64,000 nt of DNA. Origin: Holophagales bacterium. Lineage in GTDB: Bacteria > Acidobacteriota > Thermoanaerobaculia > UBA5066. The DNA is taken from the NCBI GenBank assembly GCA_016714815.1, contig JADKBZ010000008.1:53513-117512 (forward strand), in the 5' to 3' direction. Shown one piece after another: positions 55,890-64,000 of this stretch; the first letter of the stretch is position 1, and every line of letters starts with the position of its first letter. A program made the position numbers and the translations under genes. The notes beneath the pieces are model-generated. The model made no database searches, had not been told where the DNA came from, and saw nothing but the letters and a program-made list of their open reading frames with translations.

Positions 55890-58640
55890 TCAGTGCCAGC
55901 GGGCCCTCATCACGCCGGCGACGGGCTCGGCCAGGATGATGCTCCCGAGGCTCTCCCGGGCTGCGATCGTGATGGAAGCTCCGTCCGGGGAGATTCCGAA
56001 CGACTCGGCGGGGAGGGCCGGATCGAAGCCGGCCAGCTTGCGGCGCGAAGCGGTCGTGTCCCGGCCCGGCACGACGTCCTGGACGAAAACCCCCGCCACC
56101 CCCTGCTCGTTCAACCCGACGAAGGCAAGGCGCCCGTCGGGCATCCAGCGGGAGCGGCCGACTTCCGATCCCGCATGGGCGTCGACCACCCCGAAGGGAA
56201 TCGAGCAGACCTCGGCGCCGTCCGCGAGCCTGACGACCCGCAGCGTCCGGAGGCCGGGGCCGAAGCCCTCGCGATACGCCACGTAAACGCCGTCGGGAGA
56301 GACCTCCGGCAGCTGAAGGGTGGCGCCGCGCGCGAGGAGCTCCGCGCCGGTGCCGTCGGAGCGGGACCGCCAGATCCCTTCCCGCCCGCCGTGCAACGAG
56401 CCCCACAGGAGAGTCGCCCCATCGGGAGTGAGGACCGGATTCTCGGCCTCGAATCCTCCGCGCGACAGGAGCCGGGCGCCGCTGCCGTCCACCGCCGACG
56501 TCCAGATCTCGAACCGCCCCGTCCGGTCGGAGCTCCAGAGGATCTGGCGACCGTCGGGGCTGAAGGACGGGTCCCAGTCTTGCGCGGCGTCGTCGGTCAC
56601 TCGCCGCAGGGCCCCGGAATCCCTCGACATCATCCAGAGGTCGAGCTGGCCGGAGCGGTCGGACGTGAAGAGGATCCACTTGCCGTCCGGCGAATAGACG
56701 GGCTGCCGATCCGTCGACGTTCCGTGAGTGAGCCAGCGGACCGGGCCGTTTCCGGAAGCCGGAACCTCGCGGAGGCTCTCACGCGTCGTGACCGATTCGA
56801 TGACGACGCGCCCGTCCCCGAGGACGTCGAGAATGCGGCCCGCGGAAGGCCACCAGGCGATGGTCTCGCTTCTCCCGTCCTTCACCGACATTCGAATCAG
56901 GTGAAGACCGACCGTTCGCGCGTGCGGGACACTCGCGTCGAAGATCCCGACCAGAAGGCCGGTCCCGGTCCCCAGCCAGGCGACCGACGTCGGCTGACGC
57001 GCGGAGAGCGGAAGCGGCAGGCGGCGGACGCCTCCGTCGTGCGAGACGAGGACGACGGACCCGGGGACGCCGCTCTGAGTGCTCCCCGCCTCGGAAAGAG
57101 CGACGAGGCTGCCGTCCGGGGAGAAGCGCGGGCTCGACAGGATCGTCGTGAAGCGGGCCAGCTCCCGCTCCTTCCCGCCGGCGAGGGGTGCGAGCACGAG
57201 CGCCGAAGACCGGTCTTCCGGGCGCAGGATGCGCAGGAAGGCGACCTCGGTCCCGTCGGGCGAGACGTCCCCCGACTCGGCCCCGCTGACGAGGCGCCGC
57301 TCTTCTCCCCCGACCACCGGGACTTTCCAGATCGACGAACCGGCCTTCTCGTCCGTTCGCGTGAAGAGGATCGACTGCCCGTCGGGGAAGAACCTCGGCT
57401 CTTCGTCCGCGGGACCGTTCGTGAGGGCCGTCTCTCCCTCGCCCTGGATCTGCTTCAGCCAGATGCGCGCCCCCCCCCCGCGTCGCGACGTGAACGCGAC
57501 GAGCTGCCCGTCGGGCGAGGCCGCGGGCGCGGAGTCGACCCCCGAGTGGGTCAGCGCGCGCAGGGTCGTCGGAGGCCGCACCGGGGCCTCGCGGCGCCAG
57601 AACACCAGGAGCGCGCCCAGAAGGGCGCCGGCCACGAGCGCCGCCAGCGTCCACGTCGCGCGCCGCAGGCCCCTGGAAAGGCGCCGGGACACGAGCCCCG
57701 CGAGGAGGCCCGGGCCGGCCGCCAGAGAGGTACCCGAGAGCGACTCGAGCGCGAAGGCGAGGTCGCGGGCCGACTGGAAACGCGCGACCTTCTGCTTCTC
57801 GAGGCACCGCCGGACGATCCGCTCCAGCTGCGGCACGATGCCCCGCCGGACCGACGCGAGGTCGACGGGCTCCTCACGCAGTATCGCCGCCATCGTGTCT
57901 GCCGCGGAGCCGGCGAGGAACGCCCTGCGGCCCGCGAGCATCTCGTAGAGGCAGACCCCGGCCGCGAAGACGTCGACCCTCCCGTCGATCTCCTCGCCGC
58001 GCACCTGCTCCGGAGCCATGTAGCCGACCGTGCCGACGACGACGTCGGAGCCCGTCTGCGCACCCGGCCTGGCCCGGCTTCCGCTCGACGGCGACGCGGG
58101 GCCGAGAAGCTTGGCGAGACCGAAGTCGAGGATCTTGGCGTGACCGTCGGCCGTCAGGAAGACGTTCTCCGGCTTCAGGTCGCGGTGGACGATCCCCTTC
58201 TCGTGCGCGGCCCCGAGCCCCCGGGCGATCTGGATCGCGATCTCCACGGCGCGCTGCGGCGCGAGGGGTCCGCGCCCGAGCCTCTCGCGGAGAGTCTCTC
58301 CTTCGAGCAGCTCCGAGACGAGGAAGGGTGCGCCGTCCTGGCTGCCGACGTCGTAGAGGACGACGACGTTCGGGTGGTTCAGGGCACCGGCGGCCCGCGC
58401 CTCCCGCTCGAACCTCTGGAACCGCTCCGCGTCCCCGTGAGCGGTTTCCGGCAGGACCTTGAGGGCGACGTCCCTCCCGAGGCGCGTGTCGCGGGCGCGA
58501 AAGACCTCCCCCATCCCGCCGTGTCCGATGGGAGCGACGACCTCGTACGGTCCCAGTCTCGAACCGATGACCAGCCTCACTCCGCAACGCCTCCGAAGAC
58601 CCCGGGTGTCGGCGGGCTCCCTCGAAAGACCCGCCGGCAC
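55890..58640 (-). CDS. Serine/threonine protein kinase with a TM segment and a C-terminal TolB-like (PD40) beta-propeller repeat domain
   Basis: Kinase motifs HRDLKPENVFL, DFGLAK, GTVGYMAPE. TM ..WTLAALVAGALLGALLVFW.. Many ..SPDG...F.S.R.G...IW.. repeats. The start may be a downstream GTG (..VRLVIGSRLGPYEV..). Confidence 0.85.
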   Translation of the reverse strand: MPAGLSREPADTRGLRRRCGVRLVIGSRLGPYEVVAPIGHGGMGEVFRARDTRLGRDVALKVLPETAHGDAERFQRFEREARAAGALNHPNVVVLYDVGSQDGAPFLVSELLEGETLRERLGRGPLAPQRAVEIAIQIARGLGAAHEKGIVHRDLKPENVFLTADGHAKILDFGLAKLLGPASPSSGSRARPGAQTGSDVVVGTVGYMAPEQVRGEEIDGRVDVFAAGVCLYEMLAGRRAFLAGSAADTMAAILREEPVDLASVRRGIVPQLERIVRRCLEKQKVARFQSARDLAFALESLSGTSLAAGPGLLAGLVSRRLSRGLRRATWTLAALVAGALLGALLVFWRREAPVRPPTTLRALTHSGVDSAPAASPDGQLVAFTSRRGGGARIWLKQIQGEGETALTNGPADEEPRFFPDGQSILFTRTDEKAGSSIWKVPVVGGEERRLVSGAESGDVSPDGTEVAFLRILRPEDRSSALVLAPLAGGKERELARFTTILSSPRFSPDGSLVALSEAGSTQSGVPGSVVLVSHDGGVRRLPLPLSARQPTSVAWLGTGTGLLVGIFDASVPHARTVGLHLIRMSVKDGRSETIAWWPSAGRILDVLGDGRVVIESVTTRESLREVPASGNGPVRWLTHGTSTDRQPVYSPDGKWILFTSDRSGQLDLWMMSRDSGALRRVTDDAAQDWDPSFSPDGRQILWSSDRTGRFEIWTSAVDGSGARLLSRGGFEAENPVLTPDGATLLWGSLHGGREGIWRSRSDGTGAELLARGATLQLPEVSPDGVYVAYREGFGPGLRTLRVVRLADGAEVCSIPFGVVDAHAGSEVGRSRWMPDGRLAFVGLNEQGVAGVFVQDVVPGRDTTASRRKLAGFDPALPAESFGISPDGASITIAARESLGSIILAEPVAGVMRARWH

Positions 58641-58683
58641 TCACCCCGGAGCAGAACCACCCTGCGTACTATAGGTCGCGTCT

Positions 58684-58711
58684 GGGGTCAGGTCTTGATT
58701 TTACATTATAC
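58684..58711 (+). repeat. Conserved 28-bp motif, copy c (GGGGTCAGGTCTTGATTTTACATTATAC), in the divergent region about 115 bp upstream of the 58826 gene
   Basis: The 19-bp core is identical to the other copies. The 3' part is a variant. Confidence 0.8.
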
Positions 58712-58825
58712 AGAGGGGAGCCACCGGCCTCGCCGGCCGGCCGCCTCAGAAATCCCGCATCTCTCTTGCACGCCGTTCTCAGAACCTCCCCTTCCCGCTC
58801 CCGTAGGACGACGGAGGAGGCTCGG

Positions 58826-60613
58826 ATGACCGACCGGCCCCGCCGCCTGGCCCTTCTCGCCGCCGGCCTCGCCCTTGCGCTTCCCCGGCCCGCCCAGGCC
58901 GCCAGCGGCGACGTCGTCTTCGCCACGTCCGTCGACACGCCCCTCCAGGCGCGCAGGGCGAGCTTCCTCGTCGACTCGCTCCGGTGCTTCGGCGGGCCGC
59001 TCGCCGACGCTCCCGTCCACGTCGTCGTCGACTCCGTCCTCGAGGAGACGGCGCCGCTCCGGAACCGGCCCGGCGTCACCGTGCTTCCTCTCGAGGGGGA
59101 TCCGGCGATCCGGCGCTTCCCGTACGCGCGGAAGGTCCTCGCCGCGGCGCAGGTCGAGCGCCTCGTCGAGAAGAGCGCGAGGACGCTCGTCTGGCTCGAC
59201 GCGGAAACCCTCGTCCTCTCGCCTCCGTCCTCCCTCGTCCTCCACGGCGACGCGACGCTCGCCGTCCGCCCCGTCTTCCTGCGGAACGCCGTCGCCCTTC
59301 CGGAAGGAGCGCCGCTCGACGCCTGGTGGACGAGGATCGCGCGGGAGACGGGCCTCGACCCCTCGTTCCCCGAGACCGTCGTACCGCTCGTCGACCCCGG
59401 ACGCGTCCGCTGGTACGTCAACTGCGGCGTCTACGCCGTCCGGCCTTCGAAGGGCCTCCTCAGGGAGTGGGCGCGCGGGTTCACCGCGCTCGCCTCCGAC
59501 CCGCAGATCGGTCGCGACGCGGGACCGGGAAACCTGCGCCGCACTTTCCTCCACCAGGCCGTCTTCAGCGCCGTCGTCCTCGCCCGCACGAGCCCGGCCG
59601 AGAGGTCGTGGCTTCCGAACGAGGCGGGCTACCCGCTCCACCTCCACGAGCGGGTTCCGTCCCCCTCCCGCCTCGCGCGGCTCGACGACGCCCAGGTCGT
59701 CCTCTACGAAGACCTCTTCGAGCGCCGGCCCGACTGGCGCGGCCTGGTCCCGGCGTCTGACGACCTCGGCTCGTTCCTCCTGGGGGCGGACGCGGCGACG
59801 GACTGGGCCCGCGCCCTTCCCTTCGCCGAGGCGGCCGCCGAGGCCGCCGGGGAGGCGCACGTCGAGGCGCTCTACCGCCTCGCGCGCAGCCACGCGCTCC
59901 TCGGCCAGCGGAAGGAGGCGCTGGACGCCCTTCAACGAGCCCACGAAGCCGGGGTCGTCGACGTCTTCGAGCTCCGCAAGGACGAGGCGTTCGCCCCAAT
60001 GAAGGACGACGAGCGCTTCAAGACGATCTCGAAGGCGATCGGGGTCAAGCGGTACATCGCCATGCTCGAGAGGAAGGAGCGGGACTCTTTCCAGAAGCCC
60101 GACGAGGTCCTGCGCGCCCTCGCGCTCCGGCCCGGCGAGCGGGTCGCCGACGTCGGGGCCGGCTCGGGCTACTTCACGCTCCGCGCCGCGCGGGCGGTCG
60201 GACCGACGGGAGAGGTTCTCGCGATCGACATCAACCCCGACATCCTCGAGTTTCTCGACGGGCGCCTGAAGGAGGCGGGGCTCACGAACGTGAAGACCGT
60301 CCGCGTCGGGAAGGACGACCCGAAGCTGCCGGCCGGCGGCGTCGACACGATCCTGATGGTCGACACCCTCCACTACGTTTCCGGGCGCGACGCGTACGCG
60401 AAGAAGCTGCGTGCGGGCCTCGCGCCGGGGGGTCGCGTCGTCGTCATCGACTACACGCCGAAGCCCTGGTCGGAGCGCCCGTGGGGGCCGCCGCCCGAGC
60501 AGAAGATGGCTCGCGAGGAGGTGGACGAGGCGATGGCGGCCGCCGGCCTCGTCCCGTCGAAGGTCCACGACTTCCTCCCGGAGCAGTTCTTCGTCGAGTA
60601 CGTGGCGCGCTAG
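58826..60613 (+). CDS. Secreted/anchored bifunctional protein: N-terminal domain with GT-A/nucleotide-sugar-transferase-like features (tentative), helical linker, C-terminal class I SAM-dependent methyltransferase
   Basis: ATG 58826 after GGAGGAGG. N-terminal MTDRPRRLALLAAGLALALPRPAQA (signal, possibly Tat-like RR). ..WLDAETLVL.., ..YVNCGVYAV.. in the N-domain. ..VADVGAGSGYFTL.. (motif I) in the C-domain. Confidence 0.7.
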   Translation: MTDRPRRLALLAAGLALALPRPAQAASGDVVFATSVDTPLQARRASFLVDSLRCFGGPLADAPVHVVVDSVLEETAPLRNRPGVTVLPLEGDPAIRRFPYARKVLAAAQVERLVEKSARTLVWLDAETLVLSPPSSLVLHGDATLAVRPVFLRNAVALPEGAPLDAWWTRIARETGLDPSFPETVVPLVDPGRVRWYVNCGVYAVRPSKGLLREWARGFTALASDPQIGRDAGPGNLRRTFLHQAVFSAVVLARTSPAERSWLPNEAGYPLHLHERVPSPSRLARLDDAQVVLYEDLFERRPDWRGLVPASDDLGSFLLGADAATDWARALPFAEAAAEAAGEAHVEALYRLARSHALLGQRKEALDALQRAHEAGVVDVFELRKDEAFAPMKDDERFKTISKAIGVKRYIAMLERKERDSFQKPDEVLRALALRPGERVADVGAGSGYFTLRAARAVGPTGEVLAIDINPDILEFLDGRLKEAGLTNVKTVRVGKDDPKLPAGGVDTILMVDTLHYVSGRDAYAKKLRAGLAPGGRVVVIDYTPKPWSERPWGPPPEQKMAREEVDEAMAAAGLVPSKVHDFLPEQFFVEYVAR

Positions 60614-60671
60614 GAAGCCCGCCGCGCCTCTCCCGGCGGAGGCGCGGCTTCCCTTCGGCCCCTCGGGCCGG

Positions 60672-61156
60672 TCAGTGCGTCTTCGCCGGGACGGCTCCGG
60701 CGGCCTTCTCCGCCAGGTACCAGGCGTGCTCGGGACGCGCGAGGATCGAGTCGATCACCGCGTTCACCGCGTCGGCCTGACCTTTCCTTCCCTCGGCCGC
60801 GGCCTTCGCCGCGAGCTCGCGCGCCTCGGGGATCACGGCCTGCACGAACCGAGCGACCCGTCCAGGTTGAGCCGCGGCGTGACGACCATCGCGAAGGTCA
60901 CGCCTTCGTGCTCGAAGGCGTCCGGCTCCCCCTTCTTCGCCTGATGGCAGTGCCAGCATCCCACCTGGGCCCGGGCGTGCGCGCTGCCCTGCCAGTGCGG
61001 GACGAGCCCCGGGCTCCCCTGTTCGTGGCAGGCGAGTCACGCCTCCGACTTCGCGAGGTCCGCAACTGCGGGTGCGCCGGCCAGTGGCGGGGTGAGGGCC
61101 GCGGGAAGCAGGAAAGCAGCGGCGAGGACCAGGGTCCGTGTCGTGTCCGGATTCAT
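60672..61156 (-). pseudogene. Di-haem c-type cytochrome, apparently disrupted: in-frame TGA at the first Cys of the first CxxCH, plus a frameshift before the C-terminal segment
   Basis: ATG (revcomp 61154-61156) after GGAGGAG. Signal peptide MNPDTTRTLVLAAAFLLPAALTPPLAGAPA. Reads ..AKSEA-TGA-LACHEQ.. (would be CLACH) then ..GCWHCH.. in the same frame, which stops at 60833. The plausible C-terminus (..VIPEARELAAKAAAEGRKGQADAVNAVIDSILARPEHAWYLAEKAAGAVPAKTH) continues in a different frame to 60672. Confidence 0.45.
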
Positions 61157-61334
61157 CGTCAGCTCCTCCTCGAGGTCGGGCCGAGGACAGTCTGTTCGGT
61201 CGGGTCGACTTCCGACATGATCCGCGTCATACGGGCCAGCGGGGGAATCCGGAAGGAGAGGCCTCCGACGGTCGGGACCGACGGACTGCGAGGGCTTCGT
61301 GAAGAACTGCCGTCACAACCCAGGAGGGAACGCG

Positions 61335-62723
61335 ATGAGTCGACATGCTCCTGCCGACGTCACGAGAGACGTTCGCGCATTCATCCATGCGCACGTCCCG
61401 ATCTCCGCCCTCCTGGCGCTCTCGCTCATCGCTGCAACTCCCGCCCGCGCGGCCGACCCGCCCGGGCTCGTCGGCCTGGACGCGCTCTACCCGTCGCTCG
61501 ACGCGCTCTACCTCGACCTCCACCAGAACCCGGAGCTGTCCCTGCACGAAGAGAGAACGGCCGCCGAGATGGCGGCGCGCCTGCGCAAGGCTGGCTTCGA
61601 AGTCACGGAGCACGTCGGCGGCACCGGCGTCGTCGGCGTCCTGAAGAACGGGCCCGGTCCGACCGTCCTCGTCCGAACCGACATGGACGCCCTGCCGATG
61701 CCGGAGAAGACCGGGCTCCCCTACGCGAGCTCCGCCACGGCGAAGAGCGACGCCGGCGAAACCGTCCCCGTGGCGCACGCGTGCGGCCACGACGTCCACG
61801 TGACGTCCTGGGTCGGCGCGGCCACGCTCCTCGCACACGCCAGGACCCGGTGGAGCGGAACTCTCGTCTTCGTGGGGCAGCCCGCGGAAGAGGTACTCCG
61901 GGGCGCCGACCAGATGATCCGGGACGGCCTCTTCACGCGCTTCCCGAAGCCGGACTTCGTCGTGGGCCTCCACGTCAGCAACCTCATCGCCGCCGGCCGG
62001 GTCGGCGTTCCGCCGGGGCCGGCGTCCGCCGCCTCGAATGCCGTCGACATCACCTTCTACGGGCGCGGCGGCCACGGCGCCGCGCCGCATCGCACCGTCG
62101 ATCCCGTCCTGATCGCGGCCCGTGCCGTGGTGGCCCTCCAGAGCATCGTGTCGCGCGAGATCAACCCCTTCGATCCGGCGGTCGTCACGGTCGGCACGAT
62201 CCACGCGGGGACGAAGCGGAACATCATTCCCGACGAGGCGAAGCTCGAGCTGACCGTCCGCTCCTACAAGCCCGAGGTGCAGAAGCAGCTCCTCGCGGCG
62301 ATCGAGCGGATCGCAAAGGCCGAGGCGGCGGCCGCCGGCGCGCCGCGCCCGCCGGAGATCGTCGTCGATCCCCGCGAGGCGTCCGAGGTGGTCGTCAACG
62401 ACCCCGCCCTCGCGGCTCGCCTCTCGTCGGCGCTTCGTCGCGGGCTCGGCGACGCGAACGTCGTCCCGCACGAGCCCGCGAGCTCTTCCGAGGACTTCGG
62501 CGTCTACGGCCGGGTCGCCGGCGTCCCCGGAGTCCAGCTCCGCGTCGGCGCGATACCGCCGGACGAGTTCGCCACAGCGGCGAAGGAGGGCCGATCCGTC
62601 CCCGGGCCGCACAACTCCAGGTTCGCTCCCGACCGCGAGCCCACGATCCGCACCGGGGTCTCGGCTCTCACGCTCTCCGTCCTCGAACTCCTCGGTCTCC
62701 CCGCCAGGGGGGTCAGGTCTTGA
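61335..62723 (+). CDS. M20-family amidohydrolase (aminoacylase/hippurate-hydrolase-like), secreted
   Basis: ATG 61335 after AGGAGGGA. Signal-like ..ISALLALSLIAATPARAA. ..AHACGHDVH.. metal-binding motif of M20D. The stop TGA lies inside motif copy d. Confidence 0.8.
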   Translation: MSRHAPADVTRDVRAFIHAHVPISALLALSLIAATPARAADPPGLVGLDALYPSLDALYLDLHQNPELSLHEERTAAEMAARLRKAGFEVTEHVGGTGVVGVLKNGPGPTVLVRTDMDALPMPEKTGLPYASSATAKSDAGETVPVAHACGHDVHVTSWVGAATLLAHARTRWSGTLVFVGQPAEEVLRGADQMIRDGLFTRFPKPDFVVGLHVSNLIAAGRVGVPPGPASAASNAVDITFYGRGGHGAAPHRTVDPVLIAARAVVALQSIVSREINPFDPAVVTVGTIHAGTKRNIIPDEAKLELTVRSYKPEVQKQLLAAIERIAKAEAAAAGAPRPPEIVVDPREASEVVVNDPALAARLSSALRRGLGDANVVPHEPASSSEDFGVYGRVAGVPGVQLRVGAIPPDEFATAAKEGRSVPGPHNSRFAPDREPTIRTGVSALTLSVLELLGLPARGVRS

Positions 62724-62736
62724 TTTTCTACTATAG
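62709..62736 (+). repeat. Conserved 28-bp motif, copy d (GGGGTCAGGTCTTGATTTTCTACTATAG), wedged between two convergent genes and supplying both stop codons
   Basis: TGA (62721-62723) ends the + strand amidohydrolase. The reverse complement of CTA (62731-62733) is the TAG ending the - strand amidase. Confidence 0.8.
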
Positions 62737-64000
62737 TCCGGGCGGCGGGACGTAGCCTCCCGCGACCTGGGCGACGAGCTTCGCCACGTGGATCGCCGTC
62801 CGGTCCTCGAGGTACGGGCCGACGACCTGGATCCCCGCGGGGAGGCCGTCTCGCGTGAAGCCGACGGGCGCGGCGGTGCCGGGGAGCGAGGAGAGCCCGG
62901 CGAGCGCGGGCCATCCGAGGAGCGTCCCGAGGTAGGGCTCCGCCACGCCGTTGACGGCGAGAGTCCGCTTCGCGAAATCGGGGCTCTGGTCGTGCGGGAA
63001 TGCAGGGCTGGGGAAGACGGGACAGAGGAGCGCGTCGTACCGGCGGAAGAACTCCGTCCAGAGCCCTCGCATCCGCTCGCGCGCCTCGCGAGCGAGCTCG
63101 AAGTCGCGGTGGGTCTGGACGCTGTCGCGCGTCAGGCGGGCCCGGAACGAGTCGTCGTCCGGGGCGAGCGCCGCGGCGCGGGACTGGAGCTTCTCGAACT
63201 GCCCGTCGGCGAGGCCGGGAGACATGCTGCCGTAGAGGACGCGCATGAAGAGCCGCGCGTTCCGGGCGAGGGTGAAGCCGGGGCGGGCCTCGGTGTCGAC
63301 CTCGGCGCCGGCCGCGCGGAGCTCGGAGACGGCGGCCTCGAGCCGCTCCCGGAGGGCGGCGTCGACGGGCGCCACGGAGTCGTCGAGCCAGGCGGCGAGC
63401 CGATAGTCGGAGAGGCCGCGGCGACGTGGGGGCGGGAGCTTGAGGTGCCAGGCGACGGCGTCCTTCTCGTCGGCCCGGGCCACGACGCGAAGGGCGAGGT
63501 CGAGGTCGTCGGCCGAGCGGGCGATCGGCCCGGCCGTCTCGAGGTCGGGCGCGGCGAGCGTCCCGGGAGGGCCCGGGATGTGTCCGCGCGTCGGGACGAT
63601 TCCGAAGCTCGGGCGGTGGCCGAAAACGCCGCAGAACGCCGCGGGGATCCGGATGGAGCCGCCGAGGTCGCTCCCGAGCTCGAGCGCGGAGAGGCCCGCG
63701 CTCATCGCGACGGCCGAGCCGCCCGAGGAGCCGCCGGCCGTGAGCGACGGGTCCCACGGGTTGTTCGTCGTGCCGAACGCCGTGTTGTACGTCTGGATGT
63801 CCATCGCGAGGGTCGAGAGGTTCGTCTTGCCGAAGACGATCGCCCCCGCGGCCTTCAGCCTCGCGACGGCCTTTGCGTCCTTCTCCGGAACGTAGGCCTC
63901 GAGGCCGGGCGCGCCCCCCGAAGTCGTCTTCAGGCCGGCCGTCTCGAACGAATCCTTCACGGTGACGGGAAGCCCGTGAAGCGGACCGCGAAGGTCTCCG
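62731..64000 (-). CDS. Amidase-signature (AS) family amidase, 5'-truncated by the window end
   Basis: ..GGSSGGSAVAMSAG.. and ..GSIRIPAAFCG.. The ORF remains open upstream of the listed GTG at 63958-63960 (continues ..GPLHGLPVTVKDSFETAG..), so the N-terminus lies beyond position 64000. Confidence 0.85.
   Translation of the reverse strand, partial: GDLRGPLHGLPVTVKDSFETAGLKTTSGGAPGLEAYVPEKDAKAVARLKAAGAIVFGKTNLSTLAMDIQTYNTAFGTTNNPWDPSLTAGGSSGGSAVAMSAGLSALELGSDLGGSIRIPAAFCGVFGHRPSFGIVPTRGHIPGPPGTLAAPDLETAGPIARSADDLDLALRVVARADEKDAVAWHLKLPPPRRRGLSDYRLAAWLDDSVAPVDAALRERLEAAVSELRAAGAEVDTEARPGFTLARNARLFMRVLYGSMSPGLADGQFEKLQSRAAALAPDDDSFRARLTRDSVQTHRDFELAREARERMRGLWTEFFRRYDALLCPVFPSPAFPHDQSPDFAKRTLAVNGVAEPYLGTLLGWPALAGLSSLPGTAAPVGFTRDGLPAGIQVVGPYLEDRTAIHVAKLVAQVAGGYVPPPGL

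Noticed and set aside
61037-61039. In-frame TGA in the cytochrome c gene as selenocysteine
   Set aside because: No convincing SECIS-like stem-loop immediately downstream, and a second lesion (frameshift) lies in the same gene. A pseudogene or sequencing error is more parsimonious. It is kept only as a low-probability note.
16652-62736. Reading the dispersed 28-bp motif as a CRISPR array or a standard sigma70 promoter
   Set aside because: Copies are tens of kb apart with no regular spacers or cas genes, so it is not CRISPR. The TTGATT-6 nt-TATAG spacing is incompatible with canonical -35/-10 geometry, so a simple sigma70 call is not supported.
1-64000. Search for rRNA, tRNA, integrase or transposase, and phage genes
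   Set aside because: Nothing resembling these was recognised by eye, and no tRNA-like cloverleaf candidates were noticed near the repeat-rich gap. A proper tRNAscan or Infernal run would be needed to exclude small RNAs.

Overview
This 64-kb window is high-GC (roughly 70%) bacterial chromosome, densely coding on both strands. I read about 46 protein genes and found no rRNA, tRNA, CRISPR array, transposase or integrase. The gene content is heavy in peptidases (two tricorn-like S41 proteases, S46 and M20 enzymes, a penicillin-amidase homolog, an amidase), with Ser/Thr kinases carrying TolB-type propellers, WG-repeat and propeller lipoproteins, and orphan FtsX permeases. That mix suggests an Acidobacteriota-like, or similarly oligotrophic, organism; this is inference.

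Gene order, left to right:
- Sugar-acid catabolism (1-3.7 kb): a GntR/FadR regulator divergent from kduD-eda-kdgK, with matching inverted 12-mer operator candidates at both ends of the intergenic region.
- Phosphate uptake (3.8-9.4 kb): pstS-pstC-pstA-pstB1-pstB2, preceded by an unusual PhoU domain fused to a low-molecular-weight phosphatase/ArsC-like domain that lacks its catalytic cysteine. The two PstB paralogs carry complementary degenerate ATPase motifs.
- Acylation cluster (9.5-13.4 kb): MBOAT acyltransferase, an AlgX/AlgJ-like partner and an aminotransferase.
- 13.4-16.1 kb: a methyltransferase divergent from isocitrate lyase.
- About 0.9 kb of non-coding DNA (16.07-16.95 kb) full of repeats, then a Uma2-family endonuclease.
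- 17.6-23.6 kb, minus strand: an orphan FtsX/MacB-type permease, a 1432-aa internally duplicated membrane protein I cannot place in any family, and a small Cys-rich protein.
- 23.8-47.3 kb: dienelactone hydrolase, an S46 peptidase, a peptide-type solute-binding protein, tricorn-like protease 1 and a WG-repeat lipoprotein. These are followed by a small nucleotidyltransferase-fold module, a propeller lipoprotein, a penicillin-amidase homolog and tricorn-like protease 2, then a lipoprotein/permease/alpha-beta-hydrolase operon.
- 47.4-51.5 kb, minus strand: a YecH-like His-rich protein, then a translationally coupled YkgJ-like protein, Ser/Thr kinase and secreted protein.
- 51.5-55.8 kb: an acyl-CoA ligase, a rubrerythrin-like protein, a WS/DGAT acyltransferase and a DinB-like protein (a possible neutral-lipid module).
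- 55.9-64.0 kb: a second Ser/Thr kinase with a PD40 propeller, a secreted GT-A-like/methyltransferase fusion, a disrupted di-haem cytochrome c, an M20 amidohydrolase, and an amidase that runs off the window end.

The most unusual sequence-level signal is a 28-bp AT-rich motif (GGGGTCAGGTCTTGATTTTCTACTATAG). Its 19-bp core is perfectly conserved in four intergenic copies, plus one partial copy.
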